20,493 nucleotides of DNA from Leptospiraceae bacterium (GTDB lineage Bacteria > Spirochaetota > Leptospiria > Leptospirales > Leptospiraceae): positions 1 to 20,493 of the forward strand of contig DAOQIR010000030.1 of assembly GCA_035339655.1 (NCBI GenBank), given 5' to 3'. Positions 1 through 8,135 of the stretch are shown here, in pieces. The position numbers were made by a program, and so were the translations under genes. A model generated the notes under the pieces. That model was not told the origin of the DNA. It was given only the letters and a program-made list of their open reading frames with translations, and searched no databases. The stretch's first letter is position 1. Each line of letters starts with the position of its first letter.

Positions 1-169
1 TTTTTACTGATTCATTAGATTTTCCTAATGCTTTCGGAAAATTATTGCATCTAGACAGCATATTGTATTTGCGTAAGGTGAGAGAGTCAAAGTTTCTTTC
101 GCTCAGAACTGACTGATTCAGTGATAAACTGCTTGATGTAGAAACGATATATTATATTAAAGGTGATAC

Positions 170-616
170 ATGAAGAAAAAAATTCTGATCGCTGTTCCCG
201 TCATATTTCTCCTTCTTCAGCTGATTCCGATCAACAGAAAAAATCCTGAGGTCAAAGCTGATCTGATTGCTGAAGAAAAAGTAAAATCCGTTCTGAAAAA
301 ATCATGTTATGACTGTCACTCAAATGAGACTGTGTATCCTTCTTACTCATACATTTTCCCTGCTTCCGTTTTTTTGGCTCATCATGTTGAAGAGGGAAGA
401 GAAGAGCTGAATTTTTCCGAATGGGAGAATTATACTGCAAAAAAGAAATCCAGAAAAGCAGAGGAGATAATTAAGGAACTCGATAAGAATGATATGCCTC
501 TTTTTTCCTATACTCTGATTCACAGAGATGCAGTATTGAGTTCTGAAGAAAAAAAACTGCTGAAATCCTGGGCGAAAGGTTTCTCCGGGGAACCGGAAGA
601 GAAAGAAGAAAAATAA
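170..616 (+). CDS. Haem-binding domain protein (Haem_bd family, I believe PF14376), N-terminal signal/TM helix
   Basis: ATG at 170 with AAGGTGA RBS 6 nt upstream. N-terminal hydrophobic helix (ILIAVPVIFLLLQLIP). The motif KKSCYDCHSNETVYPSYSYIFPASVFLAHHVEEGREELNFSEW matches the conserved C-x-x-CH core of the haem-binding domain family. 148 aa is typical of the family. Confidence 0.8.
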   Translation: MKKKILIAVPVIFLLLQLIPINRKNPEVKADLIAEEKVKSVLKKSCYDCHSNETVYPSYSYIFPASVFLAHHVEEGREELNFSEWENYTAKKKSRKAEEIIKELDKNDMPLFSYTLIHRDAVLSSEEKKLLKSWAKGFSGEPEEKEEK

Positions 617-631
617 AATTCTTCATTCATA

Positions 632-964
632 ATGGAATCTCGTAATAAAATTCTTTTCATTTGCAGCAGGAACAAAAAACGCAGTCCAACTGCAGAAGAC
701 ATCTATTCTGAATTTCCTAATCTGGAAACAAGATCCGCAGGACTGAACAAGGATGCAGAGTACATTCTGTCTGCAGAGGATCTGGAATGGGCGGATCTTA
801 TTTTTGTAATGGAAAAAAATCATTTGAAGAATCTGGAGAGACTCCACAGTCTGCATATTCAGAAGAAGCGGGTGATCTGTCTGAATATCCCTGATAAGTA
901 TGGATACGGCGATGCAGAACTGATTAAGATTTTAAGAAAAAAGGCAGACCCATTCATTCTGTGA
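632..964 (+). CDS. Low-molecular-weight protein-tyrosine phosphatase (LMW-PTP family)
   Basis: N-terminal P-loop ICSRNKKRS matches the C-X5-R-(S/T) active-site signature. A PDKY general-acid-like motif lies near the C-terminus. Only 15 nt separate it from the upstream gene, so it is probably co-transcribed. At 110 aa it is short for the family. Confidence 0.75.
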   Translation: MESRNKILFICSRNKKRSPTAEDIYSEFPNLETRSAGLNKDAEYILSAEDLEWADLIFVMEKNHLKNLERLHSLHIQKKRVICLNIPDKYGYGDAELIKILRKKADPFIL

Positions 965-1064
965 AAAAATGAATTTGCTTAAAATTGAATTTCTTTCCAT
1001 ACTTTAAAAAGCAGATATGGCCTGTTCCTTTAGACAGTATCAGCTGTTTTCATTTTTGTCGAGG

Positions 1065-1097
1065 GGAGACTTGAACGCTGTCAAGACTCCGCTTTTT
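1065..1097 (+). terminator. Rho-independent terminator downstream of the PTP gene
   Basis: GGAG(A)CTTGA-acgctg-TCAAG(A)CTCC hairpin with 9 bp plus one A.A mismatch, followed by GCTTTTTATAATTTTT. Confidence 0.5.
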
Positions 1098-1169
1098 ATA
1101 ATTTTTCCTGTACCGGACTTTTATTTAATAATTGAACTTACCATATCTTATGGTTGAATCAGGAGTGAT

Positions 1170-2204
1170 ATGAAATACTTTTTCATTATAATTTGTTCAG
1201 TCTCCGTTCTGATCTGGGTTCCCTCCTGCAGAAAAGCAGATTTGGGTTTTCATCAGGGACAGAATTCCATCCTGACCGGTCTGGAAAACAGTCCCGAAAA
1301 ATTGAGCGATTCCGACTGCAGGAAATGTCACAGCAGACATTTGCAGGATCAGGCAGTGAACAGCCATGGGCGTGCCTGGGTAAACCCCCTTTTTCAGTCC
1401 GGGTACAGACTTGAGCCGATGAACTGGTGCATTCACTGTCATGCACCTCTTGAATCTCAGAAAAAGGAAATTCTGGGAAAGGAGAATGGTATACTGCATA
1501 ATGAAGGAATCAACTGTGCAGTGTGCCATATCAGAAACGGGAAAATTGTTTCTTCAGAAAAAAGAAATAATTCACCTCATGATACTGTAATTGACGGGAC
1601 CCTGAATTCTTCTGAATTCTGTGCAGGATGTCATGAATTCAATTTTCCTCTTGTGCGTGAGGGCAGGTTCAGTTTCTCTTCTGAACCGATGCAGTCAGTG
1701 TATTCCGAATGGAAAAAATCGGGCACGAAAAAGAGCTGTCAGAACTGTCATTTTGAGAATCATATATTGAAAGGGCCGAGCAGTGCAGGATGGCTGAAAA
1801 AAGCGTTGGGTGATCCTGAGCTGACCGATTCAGGAAAAGGGCTTCTCCACCTTCATCTGGAAATTACTGCCAAAAGAGCACATTCATTTCCGGCGGGAGA
1901 TCTTTTCAGATCACTTTCACTTGAGTTTTCCAATTTCAGTGATTTCAAAACTCTGTTTTTTGCGAAAAAATTTGCCCGATTTTACGGAGCAGGTCTGACA
2001 GACACGGGAACTTTCTGGAACAGGAGGCTGCTCTCTGATTCCACGTTGAAACCGGATGATAATGAAATAAGGATTACTTTTGATGATCCGGGCATTCGGG
2101 ATATTTTTTTTAGAATCAGATTTTTTTATCATGATCCGGAACTGGGTGGAAAAACGGGTGCCCCTGAAAACAGTGTCATTCTTTATGAAAAGAAGATGAG
2201 GTGA
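1170..2204 (+). CDS. Pentahaem c-type cytochrome, probable lipoprotein
   Basis: AGGAGTG RBS 4 nt before the ATG. Signal peptide ending in a lipobox-like VPSC. Five CxxCH haem-attachment motifs (CRKCH, CIHCH, CAVCH, CAGCH, CQNCH) lie within the first ~200 aa. The C-terminal ~140 aa carry no haem motifs. Confidence 0.8.
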   Translation: MKYFFIIICSVSVLIWVPSCRKADLGFHQGQNSILTGLENSPEKLSDSDCRKCHSRHLQDQAVNSHGRAWVNPLFQSGYRLEPMNWCIHCHAPLESQKKEILGKENGILHNEGINCAVCHIRNGKIVSSEKRNNSPHDTVIDGTLNSSEFCAGCHEFNFPLVREGRFSFSSEPMQSVYSEWKKSGTKKSCQNCHFENHILKGPSSAGWLKKALGDPELTDSGKGLLHLHLEITAKRAHSFPAGDLFRSLSLEFSNFSDFKTLFFAKKFARFYGAGLTDTGTFWNRRLLSDSTLKPDDNEIRITFDDPGIRDIFFRIRFFYHDPELGGKTGAPENSVILYEKKMR

Positions 2205-2617
2205 GGCTGTACATTTTTTAAACCGTTTTGTCTTCGCCGTTCCTATAGGCACTTACTTTTGACTGTCCTTTTAAATAAGCGTATTTCCTGCCTGTATTTG
2301 TGCAGCAGTTCTGCCTTGGCGAAAGTCATGTCGCTAAGCACAGGTTTTGGACTTGGAGCATATTCGTCATCCCTTGCGCGTCTAATTCCGAGACTTGTCT
2401 GAGTTTTTGGTGAATTTCGGAAGAGGAAAAGCCTGTTTCAGAAAGTGCTGTTTTTCCAGGAGATCGCAGGAAAAATCAATAAAATCTGTTCTCTGCGAAC
2501 TTTGTGCCTTCCGGATAAGCTGTGACCGGTGAAACTAGGGGGATTAAAGTGAATTAGGCAGTTCCAGATTTGCGAGCCTTCATGCCGACGGATATGCAGG
2601 TGAAATGATAAAATATC

Positions 2618-3049
2618 TCAGGGGTGAGGAGAGTTTTCTTCATTGAATATCTGAAAGATTTTTTCCGGTACTGAAGTCATCTTTCCGTTTACAAAATCAA
2701 ACCAGATAAATTCTCCGAAGCCTGAGGCAGCGCATTCCTTTTCGGAATTGTAAAAAGAGCAGGCCACTGTAAACTTTCTCGACTGTACAGATTCAAGTCC
2801 TACATACACTGTAATGATTTCGGGATATACAATCTGTTTTCTGTAGTCAAGCTCAATATGGGACATCACCATTCCGTCAGAAGGATTTCTCCCGGAGTTT
2901 TCCCAGATTTTGTGATGAGAGAAGAATTCCGCTCTTGCTGTTTCAAAATATCTCAGGAAGATGACATTGTTCACATGACCGAAAGCGTCCATATCTCCCC
3001 AGTTCACTTTAATGGAAGTGCTGAATTTGAATTTTTGAGGTTTTTTCAA
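2618..3049 (-). CDS. Acyl-CoA thioesterase, 4HBT/YbgC (hotdog-fold) family
   Basis: The VNWGDMDAFGHVNNVIFLRYFETARAEFF motif is characteristic of YbgC/4-hydroxybenzoyl-CoA thioesterases, and the 143-aa length fits. The first start in the ORF is TTG (3047-3049) and no ATG gives a sensible N-terminus, so the start is uncertain by a few codons. Confidence 0.75.
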   Translation of the reverse strand: MKKPQKFKFSTSIKVNWGDMDAFGHVNNVIFLRYFETARAEFFSHHKIWENSGRNPSDGMVMSHIELDYRKQIVYPEIITVYVGLESVQSRKFTVACSFYNSEKECAASGFGEFIWFDFVNGKMTSVPEKIFQIFNEENSPHP

Positions 3050-3059
3050 TTTCTTAAAG

Positions 3060-3094
3060 GGAAATAAAAAAGGGAATGCCTTTCGACATTCCCT
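3060..3094 (-). terminator. Rho-independent terminator for the frameshifted vWA gene (- strand)
   Basis: On the - strand, GGGAATG-tcgaaagg-CATTCCC forms a 7-8 bp GC-rich stem followed by TTTTTTATTT. It begins 15 nt after the TAA stop at 3110-3112. Confidence 0.6.
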
Positions 3095-3109
3095 CAGGAG
3101 AGCCCCAGA

Positions 3110-4348
3110 TTATTTTTTTCTGGAGAAGAAAGATCTTCCTGCAAGTGCGATACCTGCGAGAAGAAGTGCACCGAATGCAAACTTGCCGACTTCTTCACTG
3201 GAAGCATTTCCGATGAATGCAGTCAGAGTCTGGTTTGAACCTGAGCTCATTGCAGTTGCAGAAGTGTTGTATTCATAAGTCACAGTGACTGCATCGCCTG
3301 CTGCAGGAGTAGCTGCCCCTGCAAAGGAGATTGCATTTGCAGTTGCATCATATACCCATCCATTTGAAGTGCTGTTGTTGATCTGCACACCTTTCACTTT
3401 CACTACGATAGTGGAAGAAATTGGAGTCTTGGAGAGTTTGTAAGGACTTGCACTGCCTGCAGCCTGAGATACGATGCTTGTCATAATCGGGCTAAAGTCA
3501 GAGGAACAGATAGAAGCAGAAGAACCTCCAGTAGCTGTAGACAGGTTGTAATACTGAACATAACCGTTGTTTCTGTTGTAAGCACAGACTGTAGAACCTG
3601 CAGCACATCCGTTATATGTCGCATTAGCATTACATGGACCGGATTTACCAGTAGAAGAATCAAGTCCTATGACTGAATAAACCTTGTATCCGTTCTGAGT
3701 AAAAACATTTGAGGATGTATTGAAAGGATTTGTAACTGTTCCTCCAGTACATGGATACCAAGGAGAAACTGTAGGATCAGAGCAGGTTACACCTGTTCCA
3801 TTATAATAATCCCAGTTGTCACCTTCATCAGATACAAATACGAAGAACAGCTTGGAACCGCTTCTTGGAGTAAGGTTGCCGTTGTTTATGCCCTGTGTTG
3901 CAAAATGAGTCGCTGATTCCTGTCCTGAGCCGCTTGTTCCTGCGCTGGTGTTAGATGTAAACACTGTCTGACCATTTGCAGTTGAACTTGTTACCCAATT
4001 TGTTCCGCCTGCTGTTCTCAGAGTTGAGCTGTCTGTTGTGATTACACCGATTCTGTAATCCAGTTTTTTTGTTCCAAGAGCAGTAAAGAATGCAGATGCT
4101 GCACTGGAAACGGCTGTCTGTGCTGCTGACATCGAACCTGAATTGTCCACGACCCATACGAAATCTGCTTTTGGATCAGATGCACCAGTCAGAGAGTCTG
4201 TCTTAGTGTCTTTAGTGACTGTTCCGCAGCTTACGTTAGATCCATCCAGAAATCCAGAGAGCACAGCCTCGGTTGTGCTGTAATTAGGTGTTGTGCTGAC
4301 ACCGATTCCCAGAGATGCAGGACAAGTTGAGCTGTAGACAACTTGCAT
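3110..4348 (-). CDS. C-terminal fragment of the frameshifted vWA lipoprotein (carries the vWA/MIDAS domain)
   Basis: It contains DFVWVVDNSGSMSAAQ, a DxSxS MIDAS motif, and is homologous to the C-terminal ~410 aa of the paralogue including the C-terminal hydrophobic tail. The internal ATG at 4346-4348 is probably fortuitous. Confidence 0.5.
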   Translation of the reverse strand: MQVVYSSTCPASLGIGVSTTPNYSTTEAVLSGFLDGSNVSCGTVTKDTKTDSLTGASDPKADFVWVVDNSGSMSAAQTAVSSAASAFFTALGTKKLDYRIGVITTDSSTLRTAGGTNWVTSSTANGQTVFTSNTSAGTSGSGQESATHFATQGINNGNLTPRSGSKLFFVFVSDEGDNWDYYNGTGVTCSDPTVSPWYPCTGGTVTNPFNTSSNVFTQNGYKVYSVIGLDSSTGKSGPCNANATYNGCAAGSTVCAYNRNNGYVQYYNLSTATGGSSASICSSDFSPIMTSIVSQAAGSASPYKLSKTPISSTIVVKVKGVQINNSTSNGWVYDATANAISFAGAATPAAGDAVTVTYEYNTSATAMSSGSNQTLTAFIGNASSEEVGKFAFGALLLAGIALAGRSFFSRKK

Positions 4349-4950
4349 ACCACATGGAAAGTAGTGGAAGAGGATTCTGTTGCTCCGGCAGATGGCAGTC
4401 CTGTTACTGTACCGCCAGTCTTGTTCAGGCCAATTGTCTGAAGAATCAAGTTGGAAAGTGTTGTAACATTCGTTGCACTGTCAGTTGTGACTGTCAGGTG
4501 ATATATGGTAACTCCGCCGCCTGTTTTTGCAATATCAGCTGAAGAGATAATTGTAACTGAATTTGAATTTGCCAGATTATTGGTTGCTGCTGATGAGGTT
4601 AATGTTGTAATCAGGGAAGACCCAAGTGAACTCGAACTAGTTGCACTTCCTGTAGGAATCTGACCCACGAAGCCTGCCAGCTCAGCAGGATCTCCTGTAT
4701 ATGTGATCCCTGTGAAATCTCCAGTCGGTGTAGTTGTCTGAATCAAACCGTTAGTCAGACTGATTGTATAAGAACCTGAACTGAGAGTTGTAGTCAGAGC
4801 AGCTCCGCCTGCCGTTGTACCCTTCTTATCTACTATAATTTGAGTTGTAGTAGTCAGTATCTTAGCTTTTTTCTTTTTTCCTTCGCAGCCGGCCATTATT
4901 GCTGCGATGGAGAGAATTCCTATTGTGGAAAAGATTTTTGCGTATTTCAT
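4231..4950 (-). CDS. N-terminal fragment of the frameshifted vWA lipoprotein (Thr/Ser-rich region with lipoprotein signal)
   Basis: This ORF would be called by a gene finder and is homologous to aa 28-~270 of the paralogue. It terminates 39 codons after the frameshift. Confidence 0.5.
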   Translation of the reverse strand: MKYAKIFSTIGILSIAAIMAGCEGKKKKAKILTTTTQIIVDKKGTTAGGAALTTTLSSGSYTISLTNGLIQTTTPTGDFTGITYTGDPAELAGFVGQIPTGSATSSSSLGSSLITTLTSSAATNNLANSNSVTIISSADIAKTGGGVTIYHLTVTTDSATNVTTLSNLILQTIGLNKTGGTVTGLPSAGATESSSTTFHVVCKLSTAQLVLHLWESVSAQHLITAQPRLCSLDFWMDLT

Positions 4951-5245
4951 TCTCGCTCTCCTTGTTTACTCTTTATTTTACGATAGAAAATTGAGATTTA
5001 TATATTTTCGCAAAAAAAAAATGAGACAGGATTTCATTTAATCATTAATAAAAATCTCAATTTGAGATGAAAATGATATATGGTATATTTTTGAATATAA
5101 AAAGATAAGACTGGGTTCAAATGCAGAGTCAGAAATATATTGATCTGAATGCAGTGCCGTCGATTTGACGCAGAAGATGTGCTGCCCTGCTGTCTTTTTG
5201 TCATTTTTTTGCGTATTTTTCAAAGGAAGTATAAAACAGTGAGAA

Positions 5246-5279
5246 TACAAAAAAAGCGCAGGAGTTTTAATTCCTGCGC
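5246..5279 (-). terminator. Rho-independent terminator for the intact vWA lipoprotein gene (- strand)
   Basis: GCGCAGGA(g/t)-ttta-(a/t)TCCTGCGC hairpin with an 8-10 bp stem. On the - strand it is followed by TTTTTTTG, which is the A-run at 5249-5255 on the + strand. It lies 29 nt after the stop at 5308. Confidence 0.6.
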
Positions 5280-5307
5280 CAAGTGGGTGCGGAAGAGAGA
5301 AAAACGG

Positions 5308-7152
5308 TTATCTGTTCTTTTTGGAAAGATAATTTCTTCCAATAAGCGTAAGTGCAGCCAGAAGGATTGCTCCTATTCCGATTTTTACTGCATTGCTGTT
5401 GACTGTATTCCCGATGTAGGCAGTCAGTGTCTGATCTGCTGCAGAGGATCTGAATGCTGTTCCTGAGCTGTTGTATTCATAGGTCACACTGATGCTTGCA
5501 CCGACGGAAGGCCAGGCAGTTCCTGAGAAAATAATGGAATTGGAGCTCGCATCATATGTCCATCCGTTCACCGAGCTTTTCGCTGCATCCGTTCCATTCA
5601 CTTTCACATTGATTGTACTGGAAATCGGAGATTTGGAGAGCACATACGGACTGGACGTTGCAGCTGCTTCATTTACAATACTGCTCATAATCGGACTGAA
5701 ATCGTCAGCACAGATCGATGCAGATGATCCGCCTGTTGCCAGTGCCAGATTATAATAGTTCGTATGCTGGTTGTTGTTGTTCGAGGCCGATGTTCCGTTT
5801 GTTCCGGTACATTTTCCTGAAAGACCGGTGGCTGCATCCAGACCGATGATCCCAAAAACCTTGTAACTGTTCTGAGTGAACACATTGCTGGCAGTGTCAA
5901 ATGAGGTACCGTTCTTACATGGACTCCAGGTAGGTGACGCGGGGGTCGTTGTAGATCCTCCATTATAACACTGGTAGCTGTCCCCTTCATCAGTTACGAA
6001 TACAAAATAAAGCTTTGAGCCGCTTCTGGGAGTCAGGTTTCCATTATTGATGCCTTGAACCGCAAAATGTGTGGCTGATTCATTACCGCTTCCGCCTGTT
6101 CCAGCCGCAGTATTTGCAACGAATGCTGTCTGACCTCCGGATGTGGAGTTGACAACCCAGCTTGTTCCTCCGGCGGTTCTCAATGTACTGCTGTCTGTAG
6201 TGATGACCCCTATCCTGTAGTCGAGTCTCTTATTGGAAAGTGCTGAAAAGAATGTGGTTGCTGCGCTGGACACTGCACTTTGCTCCTGCTGCATAGAAGA
6301 GGAGTTGTCAACCACCCAGACGAAATCTGCCTTTGGATCAGCTGCTCCGCTGAAACTGTCTGTCTTGGCAATTTTAGTGACTGTTCCGCTCGCAATGTTT
6401 GATCCGTCCAAAAATGTAGTCAGAAGAGCTTCATTTGCCGAATAGTTGGCTGTTGTGCTTACCCCTACGCCTATGACTTCAGGTCCTGTTGAACTGTATG
6501 TCACTTGGAGAACCACATGAAAACTGGCAGATGTGGATTCTGTTCCCCCGCTTGTCGGAAGGTTGGTGACCGTTCCGTTTGTGATGCTGGTTCCGATTGT
6601 CTGGAGGAGAAGATTGGAGAGTCCTGTCACATTAGTGGCACTGTCTGTAGTGACTGCCAAATGATAAATTGAGGTGCTGCCCCCTGATCCGGAAGATGTG
6701 GAGCTGGACAATACGTTTGCTGTGGCCAGATTAGTTGTGGGAATGGCGGCATTGATGATACCCAGAAGACTGGAAGAAAGCGATGCTGAATCGGCCTGTC
6801 CCTGATCCGGGACCTGTCCTATAAACCCTGCCACTTCTGCCGGATTGCCGGCGTAAGTGATCCCTGTAAAGTCACCAGACGGAGATGCTGTGGAGGTAAT
6901 ACCGGAAGGCATGGACACGGAGTAGTTTCCGGCAGATACAGAAGCTGTCACTGCAGTTCCGGAAGCAGTAGTGCCAGTTCCGGCTGATGTACCGTCAGTA
7001 GAGGTGCTCGTAGAGGCTGCTGCCTTAGGATCATCCACCAGAACTGACATTGTAGTCGTCAGAACCTTGGCTTTTTTGGGTTTGTCTTCACAGTTTAGAA
7101 CAAAGACGAGCAAAGTCGCAAGACCGGCTGCTGTCAGTTTGATTCCTCTCAT
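5308..7152 (-). CDS. von Willebrand factor type A (vWA) domain lipoprotein with Thr/Ser-rich N-terminal region
   Basis: The best start is the ATG at 7150-7152 (MRGIKLTAAGLATLLVFVLNC, lipoprotein signal), with an AAGGAG RBS 7 nt upstream; the longest ORF extends to 7236. A MIDAS motif DFVWVVDNSSSMQQEQ (DxSxS) sits mid-protein. A long low-complexity T/S/G/A stretch (STSTSTDGTSAGTGTTASGTAVTAS) follows the signal peptide. The C-terminus is hydrophobic (GIGAILLAALTLIG). Confidence 0.8.
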   Translation of the reverse strand: MRGIKLTAAGLATLLVFVLNCEDKPKKAKVLTTTMSVLVDDPKAAASTSTSTDGTSAGTGTTASGTAVTASVSAGNYSVSMPSGITSTASPSGDFTGITYAGNPAEVAGFIGQVPDQGQADSASLSSSLLGIINAAIPTTNLATANVLSSSTSSGSGGSTSIYHLAVTTDSATNVTGLSNLLLQTIGTSITNGTVTNLPTSGGTESTSASFHVVLQVTYSSTGPEVIGVGVSTTANYSANEALLTTFLDGSNIASGTVTKIAKTDSFSGAADPKADFVWVVDNSSSMQQEQSAVSSAATTFFSALSNKRLDYRIGVITTDSSTLRTAGGTSWVVNSTSGGQTAFVANTAAGTGGSGNESATHFAVQGINNGNLTPRSGSKLYFVFVTDEGDSYQCYNGGSTTTPASPTWSPCKNGTSFDTASNVFTQNSYKVFGIIGLDAATGLSGKCTGTNGTSASNNNNQHTNYYNLALATGGSSASICADDFSPIMSSIVNEAAATSSPYVLSKSPISSTINVKVNGTDAAKSSVNGWTYDASSNSIIFSGTAWPSVGASISVTYEYNSSGTAFRSSAADQTLTAYIGNTVNSNAVKIGIGAILLAALTLIGRNYLSKKNR

Positions 7153-7277
7153 AAATTTTCTCCTTACTTTATTAAACGGGAATTCCTTCCGAAATGTTAC
7201 ACTCCGATACTCTGAATGCAAGTAAAAATAAGTCATTATTGAGAAAAAGGAATTCGATAATATATTTGAGGTAAATC

Positions 7278-8135
7278 ATGAAATTTTTGTTTCTGCTCTT
7301 TCTGTTCCCTGTTTATCAGGTTTTTTCTGTTCCTACCACTCTCAGAATTGAAGAAAAGGAAAACTACCAGTTTATCGAGTCTGTCCGTGCCAAAAAATTT
7401 GCAGACAGAGAAATTGACAGACTGCATCAGTCCATCATAAAAATGCTCGCCAGAATGAAAGAGCACGAAACTTCAGGAAGCCTGAAAAATTCAGCGAAGT
7501 ACACTGCCAATGTTCCGGACGAACCGGAAATTGTATTTAAAAAAGATGCGGAAGGAAAGGAATACTTCAGTCTCTTCCTTAGTCAGGCAGTCTCACCGGA
7601 AGATTATCCGGTCTACCATATTATTAATACCCGGGTCTATGTGTATCCTTCCGAAGATTTAAAAACTCTGAAAAAAGTGATTCTGCAGTTCAACAGAGTG
7701 AATGCCAATCTGGAAAATCCTAATTTTCCTGTGTATGTGAAAGAAATGAGAAGAATCATCAACAATACCCCTAATTTTCCGGAAAAGCAGAAGACGGAAG
7801 GTGACTTAAGTGCAGGGATTCCTAAATTTCAGCAGGAAAATATCACAGATGCATCTCTGGAAACGCAGCAGAACGGTGATCTTGTGATGGAATATTATAC
7901 TGATATCGATGGAAAACTGGCCTGGGTGGACGAAAAGCCCGTGACCGGATCCAAACCGTCTCTTTCAGGAAAGATTTTAGATGAGAAGCTTCCTGTTCCT
8001 TACGATATACAGAACAAGATTTATCTGACTTACAGAGATACCCTCCGTGAAATTGACTCTAAAATAAAAAGAAAACTGAAAATTATGGATACTAATCAGA
8101 GAATCATTATCCGCAAGATGATGGAAGTCAACTGA
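7278..8135 (+). CDS. Secreted hypothetical protein (SPI-type signal peptide)
   Basis: GAGGT RBS before the ATG. N-terminal MKFLFLLFLFPVYQVFSVP signal peptide. The remainder is hydrophilic and K/E-rich with no recognisable motif. Confidence 0.6.
   Translation: MKFLFLLFLFPVYQVFSVPTTLRIEEKENYQFIESVRAKKFADREIDRLHQSIIKMLARMKEHETSGSLKNSAKYTANVPDEPEIVFKKDAEGKEYFSLFLSQAVSPEDYPVYHIINTRVYVYPSEDLKTLKKVILQFNRVNANLENPNFPVYVKEMRRIINNTPNFPEKQKTEGDLSAGIPKFQQENITDASLETQQNGDLVMEYYTDIDGKLAWVDEKPVTGSKPSLSGKILDEKLPVPYDIQNKIYLTYRDTLREIDSKIKRKLKIMDTNQRIIIRKMMEVN

Larger units (their letters stand above)
3110..4950 (-). pseudogene. vWA-domain lipoprotein, paralogue of 5308..7152, disrupted by a 1-nt frameshift near 4346-4350
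   Basis: Two overlapping ORFs (4231..4950 and 3110..4348) together align end-to-end with the intact 614-aa paralogue. The upstream half ends ...ESSSTTFHVV then goes out of frame (CKLSTAQ...). The downstream half begins (M)QVVYSSTCPASLGIGVSTT, matching ...SFHVVLQVTYSSTGPEVIGVGVSTT in the paralogue. On the - strand, gtg gta tgc aag would be restored to FHVVLQVV by inserting a single T (gta ttg caa). The site is not a homopolymer. An AAGGAG RBS sits 7 nt before the ATG at 4950, and a lipoprotein signal MKYAKIFSTIGILSIAAIMAGC follows. Confidence 0.65.

Noticed and set aside
632-964. Alternative call of the LMW-PTP as an ArsC-type arsenate reductase
   Set aside because: It has only the P-loop Cys and one distal Cys. 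The Cys82/Cys89 pair required for the ArsC disulfide cascade is absent.
4340-4352. Programmed frameshift or phase variation at the vWA gene break
   Set aside because: There is no homopolymer, slippery heptamer or downstream structure at the site. A simple single-base deletion or an assembly error is more parsimonious.
5105-5135. GGGTTCAAATGCAG, a tRNA T-loop-like motif
   Set aside because: The flanking sequence cannot form a T-stem or an acceptor stem, so it is not a tRNA.
5149-5466. 105-aa + strand ORF
   Set aside because: It overlaps the 3' end of the vWA gene and its terminator hairpin on the opposite strand. The product is Cys/Arg-rich low complexity, so it is spurious.
7153-7236. 28-codon N-terminal extension of the intact vWA lipoprotein ORF (MTYFYLHSEYRSV…)
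   Set aside because: The internal ATG at 7152 is preceded by AAGGAG at the right spacing and starts a classic lipoprotein signal. The extension is non-hydrophobic and lacks an RBS.
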